A stretch of DNA of 64,000 nt from Eledone cirrhosa (lineage: Eukaryota), in assembly GCA_964016885.1 (NCBI GenBank), contig OZ024742.1:198462001-198526000 (forward strand), in the 5' to 3' direction. The notes beneath the pieces are model-generated. The model searched no databases. It had not been told where the DNA came from and saw only the letters and a list, made by a program, of their open reading frames with translations. Below are positions 1 to 12,188 of the stretch, one piece after another (positions within the stretch are counted from its first letter, which is position 1; each line of letters starts with the position of its first letter). The position numbers and the translations under genes were made by a program.

Positions 1-3000
1 CCGTCAGTGACCACATGAAAGGTACCAACACATCTATCAGTGACCACATGAAAGATACCAACATATCAGTCAGTGACCACATGAAAGGTACCAACACGTC
101 AGTCAGTGACCACATGAAAGGCACTAACACATCAGTCAGTGACCACATGAAAGGTACCAACACATCAGTCAGTGACCACATGAAAGGTACCAACACATCA
201 GTCAGTGACCACATGAAAGGTACCAACACATCCGTCAGTGACCACATGAAAGGTACCAACACATCAGTCAGTGACCACATGATATGCACCAACACATCAG
301 TCAGTGACCACATGAAAGATACCAACACATCAGTCAGTGACCACATGAAAGGTACCAACACATCAGTCAGTGACCACATGAAAGATACCAACACATCCGT
401 CAGTGACCACAAATGTACCAACACATCAGTCAGTGACCACATGAAAGGTAGCAACACATCAGTCAGTTACCACATGAAAAGTACCAACACATCAGTCAGT
501 GACCACATGAAAGTTACCAACACATCAATCAGTGACCACATGATATGCACCAACACATCAGTCAGTGACCACATGAAAGGTACCAACACATCAGTCAGTG
601 ACCACATTAAAGGTACCAACACATCAGTCAGTGACCACATTAAAGGTATCAACACATCAATCAGTGACCACATGAAAGGTACCAACACATCAGTCAGTGA
701 CCACATGAAAGGTACCAACACATCAGTCAGTGACCACATGAAAGATACTAACACACCCGTCAGTGACCACATGAAAGGTACCAACACATCAGTCAGTGAC
801 CACATGAAAGGTACCAACACATCAGTCAGTGACCACATGAAAGGTACCAACACATCAATCAGTGACCACATGAAAGGTACCAACACATCAATCAGTGACC
901 ACATGAAAGGAACCAACACATCAGTCAGTGACCACATGAAAGATACCAACACATCCATCAGTGACCACACGAAAGGTACCAACACATCAGTCAGTGACCA
1001 CATGAAAGGTACCAACACATCAGTCAGTGGCCACATATGTACCAACACATCAGTCAGTGACCACATGATATGTACCAACACATCAGTAAGTGACCACATG
1101 AGAGGTACCAACACATCCGTCAGTGACCACATGAAAGGTACCAACACATCTATCAGTGACCACATGAAAGGTACCAACATATCAGTCAGTGACCACATGA
1201 AAGGTACCAACACGTCAGTCAGTGACCACATGAAAGGCACTAACACATCAGTCAGTGACCACATGAAAGGTACCAACACATCAGTCAGTGACCACATGAA
1301 AGGTACCAACACATCAGTCAGTGACCACATGAAAGGTACCAACACATCCGTCAGTGACCACATGAAAGGTACCAACACATCAGTCAGTGACCACATGATA
1401 TGCACCAACACATCAGTCAGTGACCACATGAAAGGCACCAACACATCAGTCAGTGACCACATGAAAGGTACCAACACATCAGTCATTGACCACATGAAAG
1501 GTACCAACACATCAGTCAGTGACCACATGAAAGGTACCAACACATCAGTAAGTGACCACATGAAAGGTACCAACACATCAGTCAGTGACCACATGATATG
1601 CACCAACACATCAGTCATTGACCACATGAAAGGTACCAACACATCAGTCAGTGACCACATGAAAGGTACCAACACATCAGTAAGTGGCCACATGATATGC
1701 ACTAACACATCAGTAAGTGACCACATGATATGCACCAACACATCCGTCAGTGACCACATGAAAGGTACTAACACATCAGTCAGTGACCACATGAAAGGTA
1801 CCAACACATCAGTCAGTGACCACATGAAAGGTACCAACACATCAGTCAGTGACCACATGAAAGGTACCAACACATCAGTCAGTGACCACATGAAAGGTAC
1901 CAACACATCCGTCAGTGACCACATGAAAGGTACCAACACATCAGTCAGTGACCACATGATATGCACCAACACATCAGTCAGTGACCACATGAAAGGCACC
2001 AACACATCCGTCAGTGACCCCATGATATGCACCAACACATCCGTCAGTGACCACATGAAAGGCACCAACACATCCGTCAGTGACCCCATGATATGCACCA
2101 ACACATCAGTCAGTGACCACATGAAAGGCACCAACACATCCGTCAGTGACCACATGATATGCACCAACACATCAGTCAGTGACCACATGAAAGGCACCAA
2201 CACATCCGTCAGTGACCACATGATATGCACCAACACATCAGTCAGTGACCACATGAAAGGCACCAACACATCCGTCAGTGACCCCATGATATGTACCAAC
2301 ACATCAGTCAGTGACCACATGAAAAGTACCAACACATCAGTCAGTGACCACATATGCACCAACACATCAGTCAGTGACCACATGAAAGGTACCAACACAT
2401 CCGTCAGTGACCACATGAAAGGTACCAACACATCCGTCAGTGACCACATGAAAGGTACCAACACATCCGTCAGTGACCACATGAAAGGTACCAACACATC
2501 AGTTAGTGACCACATGAAAGGTACCAACACATCAGTAAGTGGCCACATGATATGCACTAACACATCAGTAAGTGACCACATGATATGCACCAACACATCA
2601 ATCAGTGACCACATGAAAGGTACCAACACATCCGTCAGTGACCACATGATATGCACCAACACATCCGTCAGTGACCACATGATATGCACCAACAGATCCG
2701 TCAGTGACCACATGAAAGGCACCAACACATCAGTTAGTGACCACATGAAAGGTACCAACACATCAGTTAGTGACCACATGAAAGGTACCAACACATCAGT
2801 CAGTGACACATGAAAGGTACCAACACATCCGTCAGTGACCACATGAAAGGTACCAACACATCCGTCAGTGACCACATGAAAGGTACCAACACATCAGTCA
2901 GTGACCACATGAAAGGTACCAACACATCAGTCAGTGACCACATGAAAGGTACCAACACATCAGTCAGTGACCACATGAAAGGTACCAACACATCAGTCAG

Positions 3001-3404
3001 TGACCACATGAAAGGTACTAACACATCAGTCAGTGACCACATGAAAGGTACCAACACATCAGTCAGTGACCACATGAAAGGTACCAACACATCCGTCAGT
3101 GACCACATGAAAGGTACTAACACATCAGTCAGTGACCACATGAAAGGTACCAACACATCAGTCAGTGACCACATGAAAGGTACCAACACATCCGTCAGTG
3201 ACCACATGATATGCACCAACACATCCGTCAGTGACCACATGATATGCACCAACACATCCGTCAGTGACCACATGATATGCACCAACACATCCGTCAGTGA
3301 CCACATGATATGCACCAACACATCCGTCAGTGAACACATGAAAGGTACCAACACATCAGTTAGTGACCACATGAAAGGTACCAACACATCAGTTAGTGAC
3401 CACA
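1..3404. repeat. 33-bp minisatellite (consensus cagtgaccacatgaaaggtaccaacacatcagt), about 100 units, in the IPO11 intron after exon 8; runs off the window edge
   Basis: Directly visible tandem unit with two main variants (aaaggt / atatgc). The long MKGTNTSVSDH and WSLTDVLVPFM ORFs arise from a stop-free unit whose length is divisible by 3. Confidence 0.97.
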
Positions 3405-3465
3405 CCAGTAAGTATCCTGTTAGGTGACATTAGTGACATTAGTGACAAGAAAAGACAACACTTAC

Positions 3466-3565
3466 TTTCACCAGTATCCACAAAGTTGTACCTTGCTACA
3501 AACTGTAAAGTTGTTGGTATAAACTGGACAAAGGAAAGGGGGTGAACTTCCAACATATCTATCAG
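3466..3565 (-). CDS. IPO11: Importin-11 coding exon 8 (LIDMLEVHPLSFVQFIPTTLQFVARYNFVDTGE)
   Basis: cag acceptor after a pyrimidine tract, gtaagt donor, 100 nt, phase 0 in. Resembles the recalled vertebrate IPO11 segment LLDFLDQHPFSFTPLIQRSLEF. Confidence 0.9.
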
Positions 3566-4905
3566 CTGTTGAGGAGAAAAAGATAGAGTTATAGATAGAG
3601 ATGAACAGGTATATAGATGGACGGAGAGAGATAGAGTGAGAGGGTGGATTTCCACCACATCTGTCAGATGTATAGGATGTGTGTGTGTGGTTACATGATG
3701 AAATTCAAAACAGTCTTTCTATGGCTGAGTGAAGAAACAGACTGAACTTTTCTGGGGTCAAAATTTAATGTATTTATAAGGACTAGCAGAAAAACCACTC
3801 TTCGTAGTGTGCATATTGATATTATACATTAGATATGATACATCAAATAAAATCGTAATTGACAATATACACAGAAATTGAACGAAGACTGCGTTACACT
3901 GTCTTCTGTAATCAGTAACGTAATCCATGATACATTTAAAAAAGACGATATTATATATAAACTGCATTAGGAGAAAATTAGTGACAGAAAATTAGTATGT
4001 TTATTTAAGCGATGGCCAACCAGAAGTGTTGTTGACATTTCAGAAATTTTAAAGAAGTGAATCTTTAAATAATCAAAATATATTTAATCAACAGCCACAA
4101 AATTTAGTAGATAATTATATAATATTCATTCATTATTTATTTAAAGTAATGAATGAATATTACATAATTATTTATTCAAAGTAATCCAACTTATTTTACT
4201 AATGGGATAAAAAATTATAAACCGTACGCAGTCCCGCACTCCTTACTTTATTATAGTTTAGATTGGATTCCCAGAAACATTGAACAGATGTCCATGATAA
4301 TTTCCTTTTAAACAATGTTTATTTTGTTGTTTCGTTTTTTTTTCATAGAAATAGATTTTGGGTGGGTTGAATTCAAGAGGGTTAACTATTAACATCATGT
4401 AATGATTTAGCAGAAAATATCTAAAAACAGTTTCAAATGTTTATACCATATTTACTAGTGGACAGATCATTGTAAAACATTTGCAGTATTAGTGTAAAGA
4501 CTATTTTCTTTATGTGATGCAGTCATTGTACTCTTATGTACAAAATCTTTATACTATCTTTACCAGTGGACATATTTTGAGAAAATTTTCAGCATTAGAG
4601 TAAAGACTTAAAATTGTTATGTGATGCAGCCAGTTGTCTTGTACTTTTCAAGAATGTCTTGCTAATGCAGTTTATGTGGTACAGAACTTTAAGAGATTAA
4701 AACACAGTTTATGAAACACAGGTCTAAACAAAGTAAATAAAGCAAATCTGATCAAAATATCACATTTTATTAAATTATTTTTATCAATTGTTTCGGAAAA
4801 TTGGAAAAAAATCATGTGTGACACACTCAGCCAGAGGCAGTCAAATGTCAATCAAAGACCAAACATGTATCTCCAAACTGTATCTTTGCCCTTTTTTATA
4901 CAAAC

Positions 4906-5060
4906 CCTACAGATCAGCCCTACTTCTGATCCAAAGCCTACTGTTTTAACTCTTGATACTAATTCTACAGATCAGCCCTACTTCTGATCCAAAGCCTACT
5001 GTTTTAACTCTTGATACTAATTCTACAGATCACCCCTACTTCTGATCCAAAGCCTACTGT
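4906..5060. repeat. Tandem duplication of a ~59-bp unit (~2.6 copies)
   Basis: ctacagatcagccctacttctgatccaaagcctactgt repeated three times. Confidence 0.9.
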
Positions 5061-5525
5061 AATCAACTCCAGTATACATTTTATCAATCTATGTATTTTT
5101 TATATAAAATAAGTTTTAATTTAAATAGGAATCTTCTATGATAGAACCAGAGCTAGTTTTAGCAGGGTTGATATCAAACATCAGGGATAGCAGAATTTTT
5201 CTTTAAAAAGAATATATTAACTCTTTCATAACCATATTTTTGATGAAATATCCTGTATCTATAGTTAATTAAGAATTTTTAAGGAATTAACTAAAACTAT
5301 TGATTGTTTTATTTTAAAGATGATGCTTGAAAGATAAATTAACGAATGGCTCTTATATCAAATTGTGTTGGAAGATTTTAACTCAAGTAGAAACCTGTTA
5401 AAATGGGGAAGGGTTACTTCATAGAATATGATAGTTTTTGGCAGGTTGGTATCAAAAAGGTTAACATATAGATGTAGTAAATTATATCTGTATCAAATCA
5501 GAAGGATATGAATAAGTCTACCTAC

Positions 5526-5596
5526 CACTTTTGTCATCAGTAATATTAATTTCTCACATTTTTCAACCATCTGTTGATTGCCCCACAAACTACGCC
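5526..5596 (-). CDS. IPO11: Importin-11 coding exon 7 (RSLWGNQQMVEKCEKLILLMTKV)
   Basis: ttcttcag acceptor, gtaggt donor, 71 nt. Phases match both neighbours. Resembles IPO11 RLEKTIILFTKV. Confidence 0.87.
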
Positions 5597-6703
5597 CTGA
5601 AGAAAATAAATAGAAGATACCAAAAGTTTAATAATCAGTCAGCAACACACAGTAATATTAAAGGCGTTTTTTAACTCCTGATGGAGTCATAGGAGCACAG
5701 TCATGACAAACTTGAGCATTTCAAGTCTGAATATAGTTAATGAGAGAGAAAGAGAGAGCAAAAGATAGTGATAAAGAAAAATAGAGGAAAAATTGATCCC
5801 AGTATGAAAAAGAATCAAAGGCAAAACTAACCATGGTGGGATTTGAACTCAGAGCACATTGAGCCAGAACAAATAGTAAGGAATTTAATCCAACACCCTA
5901 ACAACTCTGCCAATTCACCATCTTCAAATATTACAGGGCCAATATATCTATCTGGTCAGTTGTTTTAACTATCATGCTAGTGTGGAAAATGGACGTTAAA
6001 CAATGATGATGATATGTCATATATGTAATGTTTCATATAAACTAACCATGGCAGATAGAACAAATGGAATGTCACTTTAACAAGAAGTATCATGTTTATT
6101 TTTTCTCTCTACTGTTTTAGTAAGGGAGCAAAGGGAAGAGCAGAGACCACAATTTCCAGACCCTCCAAGACTGGTGGGATGGAAGGAGGAAGGTATCCCT
6201 AAAGCAGAGACCTAGTCAGAATATTTACAACTGCATAGTCTCTGCTAAAGGGTACGCAAAAGGTCAAGTGGTGGTGTTAAGTCGGGTGACAGATTCATTT
6301 TAGCACCGTCATAGGCCACAGCAGGATTTGTAGTCAGAACACAAAGAGCTAGAGTTAATACTGTAAAAATGCCATCTCTGGATTGGTTCTTTATTTTATC
6401 AACACAAAGTATGAAAGGCAAAGTTGCAGGATTTTAACTCAGTGAGGAAAATAAAAATTGATAGGTTTTAATTTGTACTACAGACATGTGGTTAAAATGT
6501 TTCGCAGGATAGATTTTATGGAAAAAGCCAACCAACAGGTGACCTAGAGGTAAACAACGAGCATGAAGTTTGGATAACATCCATAAGCCTCACTTGGGGA
6601 TTCAGCTGGAACAGTTGCCTAATAGAACTCTCTGGAAGGCATGTCTATGACTCTGCCTGCTCAAGAAGAAATGGATGAAAAAGAATTTAATAACATTACT
6701 CAC

Positions 6704-6811
6704 TACATTCTAAAAATGGATCCAGTCTTGAAAATATCATGTTGATGAATACAATGACATCAGTGGGAAGTTGCTGATCTCGGAATCCAAAACAAACCAA
6801 CTTTCTTAATA
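6704..6811 (-). CDS. IPO11: Importin-11 coding exon 6 (LRKLVCFGFRDQQLPTDVIVFINMIFSRLDPFLEC)
   Basis: tttacag acceptor, gtgagt donor, 108 nt, phase 1/1. Resembles IPO11 VLRKLTVNGF...FERLKQFLEC. Confidence 0.92.
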
Positions 6812-8922
6812 CTGTAAACATACAAATAATAATATTAATTACAACCAAAAATCACAAAGAAAAGAAATACCAATTCCTATAGACAATAAAATATGAGAAA
6901 GTTATTTTACTAAATCCCTCCAATTTTTGGTATACTTTTAAAATCAATTGAAAGTTAAAGGTTTTTCAATATAAATATAGTAACAAAAAGGTTAAGTAAG
7001 GTTCCAAACACCAACTTAATCAGAAAGTTATATTACAAAATCCCTCCAAATTCTTGAATATTTTTAAAATTATTTGAAAACAATAAGCAAAATGGACCTA
7101 GTCCACCCTCTCAGGTGGTTGTACTGATGCTACAACAAACAGCACCCATTCCACCCTATAAGGTGGTTGTACAGGTGCCATAACAAAAAACCCAGCCCAC
7201 CCAATAAGGTGGACATACTGGTGCCACAACAAAAAGAACTTAGTCCAATCTGTAAGATGATCATGCAGGTGACAACAAAAAAAACACCCGGTCCATCTTA
7301 TAAGGTCATAGTGCTGGTGCCATGTAAAAGTTCCCTGTGTAAGCTATAATGTGGTTGGCATTAGAAGTGCAACCAGCAATAGAAAATCAAGCCAGAGTCT
7401 TGTATGAGCAAGACATGGTCACTTGATCTGTTTGGCCTCATAACATGGCAACTCATCTAAGCTTTGAATGGATGAAAAACATATTGGTAAACTGTGAAGA
7501 TGATGATGGTAAGGACACAAGGATACAAGAATTGTTTTCGATCGATCTGAGTAATTGAATGGTACTCTAGTTTATAGATAACCCTCCTTGGGAAAGATGA
7601 AGGGCAAAAGTTGATTTTGTATATTATAATCACTAGGTTATTATATACAATGGTTAATTCAATTAACTATATCCTTTGACTATCACTTGAGAAGATGAGA
7701 GGACTGTTCGGTGTTTCAAGGATACAGCAACCTCTCTAGTGCTTGTGACACAATAAAACACACCCAGTACACTGTAAATTGGTTGGTGCCAAGAGAACTA
7801 TTCAGTTGCGACAAAGACATGACAACTTCCCTTAATGCTGGTGTCACAATAATATATACTCAGTAAAGTGGTTAGTGATAGAAAGTAGAAAACTTGTCAA
7901 ACAAAGTGTTGAGAGGACCCTTCAATCTTATCCAAGACATGATAACCTCCCTAGTGCTGGTGGCACAATAAAGTACACTCTGTAAAGTAGTTAGTGATAT
8001 CCAGCTGTAGAAAACTTGCCAAACAAAATGTTGGGAGGACCCACAGTTTTGTCAAAGACAAGATCACCTCCTTACAGAAATGTATGTGAGATGTACTCCT
8101 CAGTCTATCTAAGAGATCAGTGGCTCCAATAAAGCACTGACTTGGTTTGTGACAACTTATCCAACCCTGAAAAAAAAAAGCATTATGATTTGGTGCTAGG
8201 AAGGGCATCTAGCCGTAGAAACCTAACCAGAAACAGTTCTATATGAGCAAAACATGGTCACTGACCCAACTTGCCTCAAATGTGACAACCCATCTAACCC
8301 ATGCTAGCGTGAAAAATGGACGTTAAACAATGATGGTGATGATTACTAACAGCACCACAATGCTAAAGACTGTTTTTTTAAAGAGTTTCTACTTTTCTTT
8401 TTTTTTTGGTGTGGGGTGGGGTCGGACACCTCTACTGGGAAGGGGCTATAGGGAGATGAAGCTGGTGATCTACAAGACTTGCAGTAGTGCCAAGGTCTTC
8501 CTCTAGCTCTGAAGCCTGAGGATTTGATGTTATAGGTCTGTAAGGCAGACTAGATAACCCTTTTGATATCAATCCACCCAGAATCACTTCTGCCTCTATG
8601 CAATAAAAACACCCTTTTTAAAGGACTCCTAAAATAAAGTCTTCCATCATAATTTTATATAGGAATCTTTTCAGTTAATGAAATAACTTAAAGAAATCTC
8701 CCCAAATTCTTCAGTCATTAATACAAATATTTCACTAGAAATATAATGAAAGGGTTAATTGGCATTCTTATCATGTAATCAAACGATTTGAAGGAATATT
8801 CAAGAATTTCAATATACCAAAGGAATTAAAATTTTCAGAATAGAAAGGAAACAAGATAAAAATTTAAAGAAAACACTTTAATTAAAGGGTGTTATAGACC
8901 CCTAATTCAAATGGAATCTCAC

Positions 8923-9052
8923 CTTTGAGCCCTAAAATACTTTTATCCAAGGATTCCAACACACCATCCTCGTACTTTGACGCAAGCTGCAGAAAGGTCG
9001 CCATGTGCGTATTCCACAAGTTCAGCACAAATGAAAACAAGTTGTCCGCTAC
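8923..9052 (-). CDS. IPO11: Importin-11 coding exon 5 (VADNLFSFVLNLWNTHMATFLQLASKYEDGVLESLDKSILGLK)
   Basis: gtgtag acceptor, gtgaga donor, 130 nt, phase 0/1. Resembles IPO11 SLWNHHTDTFLQ...SLERTLLSLK. Confidence 0.92.
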
Positions 9053-9255
9053 CTACACAACACAAAAAGACACAAACAAAATATTTATGTATACATCAAA
9101 CAAATAAATAAGTATATATATATTGTCTAACCCATGCTAGCGTGGAAGAACGGACATAAACGGTGATGATATATATATACATACACACACACACACACAC
9201 ATTAAACATTATATATATATATATCCCATGCTAGTGTGGAAGATAGATGTTAAAC

Positions 9256-9628
9256 GATGATGATGATGATATTTTATGTCCGCTTTTCCCTGCTTGCAAG
9301 GGTGGGACGGGAACTGATTTGGGCTTGATTTCTACAGCTGGATGCCCTTCCTAACACCAACCTCATTTACAGTGAGTGATGGGTGCTTTTTTGTGTCGCG
9401 CCTACACATCCACTTTACAGTGTGGGCTGGGTGCTTTTTTGCCATGGCACCTCCACAACCACTTTGCAGTGGAATGATAGGGACCCCAGTCCTATCATCT
9501 CATTTCTACAGCTGAGTAAACTGGAGGAATGTGAAATAAAGTGTCTTGCTCAAGGAAACAACACATCACCCGGTACAAGAATTGAACTCACAACCTTTCG
9601 ATTGCAACCACGAAACCATGTGCCTCCA
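9256..9628 (-). mobile_element. Composite SINE: tRNA-like head plus RTE-type 3' tail ending in (CAT)n. Related copies at 14695-15140 (-), 37058-37398 (+) and 58862-59150 (+).
   Basis: Four mutually similar copies with head ggaggcacatggcttagtggttagagc...gagttcaattc (A/B-box-like). Tail cttgcaagcagggaaaagcggacgtaaaatgatgatg is shared with the RTE 3' ends in this window. Confidence 0.8.
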
Positions 9629-9744
9629 TATATATACATATATATATAAATTAATTTATAACTTTATAACTGTCTCTTATACATAAACATCTCAATGAAA
9701 GGATAAGATATATTAATAAATTATCTACTCAGAGAAGTATTAAA

Positions 9745-10815
9745 ATATATCAAACTTAAGTCAAAATCTCATTTTGCGGGGATATAAGCCAAATCAGCTA
9801 AAAAAAAGTCAGCTTTAATTTATATAATAACCAAACCATGGTTTCTGAAACTCAAGATACAACAGGAATTCCAAGACATTGGAATAACCAATATTGGAAG
9901 AATTTAAGTTTCTTCATCAGAAGGTGAATTCTTCATAGAACTAAGGGGACAAGTTGAAAATATATCATACATACCATTTCGTTGCTAGACTGTATGGTGA
10001 ACAAAATGTATCATTGAATTACTATATGAATATATTACACCAATGAAAAAACTTAAATTCTTCCAATGTCTTGGAGTTCCTGATGTTGTACCTTGAGTTT
10101 CAGTATCTATGGTTGGGGTATTATCTATATATATAAAACTGAGGATGTCTGTCTGTCTGTGAGTTTGAATCCCTAAAACTCGAGAAGTACCCAACCATTT
10201 TTTTTCAAACTTTACATGTGTATCACTTATGCTTCAGGGAGTGTTATGCACATAAAAAAATTCAACTTTTTGATCCCCAGCATTAGATGAAAAACTGCGT
10301 TTTTTCAGTTTTTTAGGGTGTTTTTGAGGCGTTACGTCAGACCGATTTCCTTGAAATTGTAACTATGTATTAGTCAGTCTCTTCTTCATACCGTGAGTAA
10401 AGAAAATCCAACTTTTTATGGCCTAGGGCCCACATTAGGTGAAAAACTTCATTTTTTCAGCTTTTTAGGGCTTTTTTGAGGCGTTACATCTAGCCGAAAT
10501 TTCAAGGCATATTATGCACATAAAAAAAATTCATTTTCTTGATCCCCTAAGGCCCACATGAGGTGAAAACCTGCATTTTTCCTGCTTCATCGAGGAAAAT
10601 CTTTAAGATTATCCAGCCATCAGAGTATTCAGTTTATTTTCTTTACATATTGTCCAGGCATGCAGTTTTTCCACAATTAGGCCTGTTGGCAGCCCGTATT
10701 CCAAAATACCTTATCCCATGCAATGCCGGGTACCACTGCTAGTATAAGATAAAGCTGACCTTTTTAGCTGATTTGGCTTATATCCCTCCAAAATGACATT
10801 TTGGCTTAAGTTTAA
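9745..10815. mobile_element. Inverted-repeat Penelope-type terminus with a degenerate hammerhead (9829-9926, minus); its right arm is interrupted by a Helitron-like element
   Basis: Arm 9745-9920 is reverse-complementary to 10044-10125 plus 10743-10815. Minus strand reads CUGAUGA-A-GAAACUUAA...UUGAGUUUC-A-GAAA-CCAUGG-UU. Confidence 0.65.
10124..10743 (-). mobile_element. Non-autonomous Helitron/Helentron-like element (Lep1/DINE-type architecture); second copy at 33372-34285 (+)
   Basis: One end actagcag...cccggcattgc..ggg (short hairpin); the other end acagacagaca...tatagat. Both copies share these termini and have internal tandem duplications. Confidence 0.7.
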
Positions 10816-11607
10816 TAAATATACATACATACATATGTATGTGCGAGTCCCAGGTTCAATCAAAGGTAACCACAATAAGGTACTTAATACATTAGTAGAG
10901 TGTAAACATCATGTTTGATATAGAACAGTTTCATTCAAAAGAAATCATTAGCAAAGCCCTTATGATTTCTTTTGAATGAAACTGTTCTAGTCCTGCTAGT
11001 TGCAAAACATAACTTGTCCAACTGATGCCAACATCAAAAAACATATAAAACTGTGTACTCCACAAGCTAACTCTCCACCTGTGCCACGTTGTGAATCCCA
11101 AGAGGTTAAGAACCAGAGATTTTCCTAAATAACCAGTTATATTATCTTTGTGGCTCCTTAGCCCTAGGTCATCCCTGATCTAGAAGACTGATGATCAACA
11201 ACATTCCTGTTGTGACCATCCCATCTTTTTTTCTTCAGTCATTTTATAGCTAGGCCTATGTGTCCTTCGTTTATTTAAAACAGTTAAGGGTAATATGGAA
11301 GAGGTATGGCTGCTATTTCTAGCAGGTCAAACATCAGCATATAAGCTCCTTCACTGGCTTGGAGAAAGAAAACAGAAGAAAGATAGAAAAAAGTTCTGAA
11401 ACCATAATAATAATGTGGTACTGTAGATGTCATAGTTTTGGCAAGGTTTTTTTGGCTAGATGCCTTTCCTATTGCCAACCATTTTACAGCATAGACTGGA
11501 TGCATTTTATCGAGACACCATCACTAGAGAGGTTGTCTGCCAGTTTTCATTCAGAGTTTCTGCTCTCCTAGACAGGCTGCTTTCACTACAGTTCACAGCA
11601 TCTACAC

Positions 11608-12188
11608 AAGTGGTCTCCAACCTTTTTTATACCACGGACCGGCTTCATGCCGGACAATCTTTCCGCGGACCAGTAGTTGCACATACATGTAGTTTAAGTG
11701 CATTTCGATAAAGAGAGCAATAATAGAAAGAACAATTTATTAAAAGGAAGAAAAAGTGTATAATCTTTTTAAATTAAAGTCCAATATTCATCATCATCAT
11801 TTTACGTCCGCTTTTCCCTGCTTGCAAGGGGTGGGACACGTCTTATTCAGCACAGCATCTCTCCACTTGTCACGGTCCTTCGTCATCTCCACCGTGAGCT
11901 TCAGTGATCTGAGGTCTGTTCTCACCACCTCTGCCCATGTTTTTCGTGGTCTACCTCTACCACGTCTTCCTTCAACTGGCATTTCCTAGCTCTTCTTCAC
12001 CCATCGGTCATCCTCCATGCGCATCACATGTCCATGCCATCGCAGTCTTCTCTCTCGCACACTACATTCTATCCCTCTCAGACATCTCTATTATATAATT
12101 TTAAACAAGTTAATTATTTCTTTGTGGCCTGGTAGCAAATGATCCTCAGACTGGTACTGGTCTACGGCCCGGTGGTTGGGGACCTCTG
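11608..12188. mobile_element. hAT-like MITE containing a nested RTE 3' fragment (11787-12080)
   Basis: TIR-like ends agtggtctccaacc / ggttggggacctctg with an imperfect 8-bp TSD. Nested [23 protein letters not shown] is an RTE C-terminus. Similar MITE at 39009-39271. Confidence 0.7.

Noticed and set aside
1-3404. CRISPR-like array
   Set aside because: Units are contiguous with no unique spacers; eukaryotic context and no cas genes.
15-3427. 932-aa, 802-aa and ~200-aa repetitive ORFs on both strands
   Set aside because: Expected from a stop-free 33-nt unit. They are intronic, have no unique N- or C-terminal domain and contain a frameshift near 2808.
3758-3967. 69-aa minus ORF between exons 7 and 8 as an extra IPO11 exon
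   Set aside because: No IPO11 similarity, and exons 7 and 8 already join in frame without a gap.
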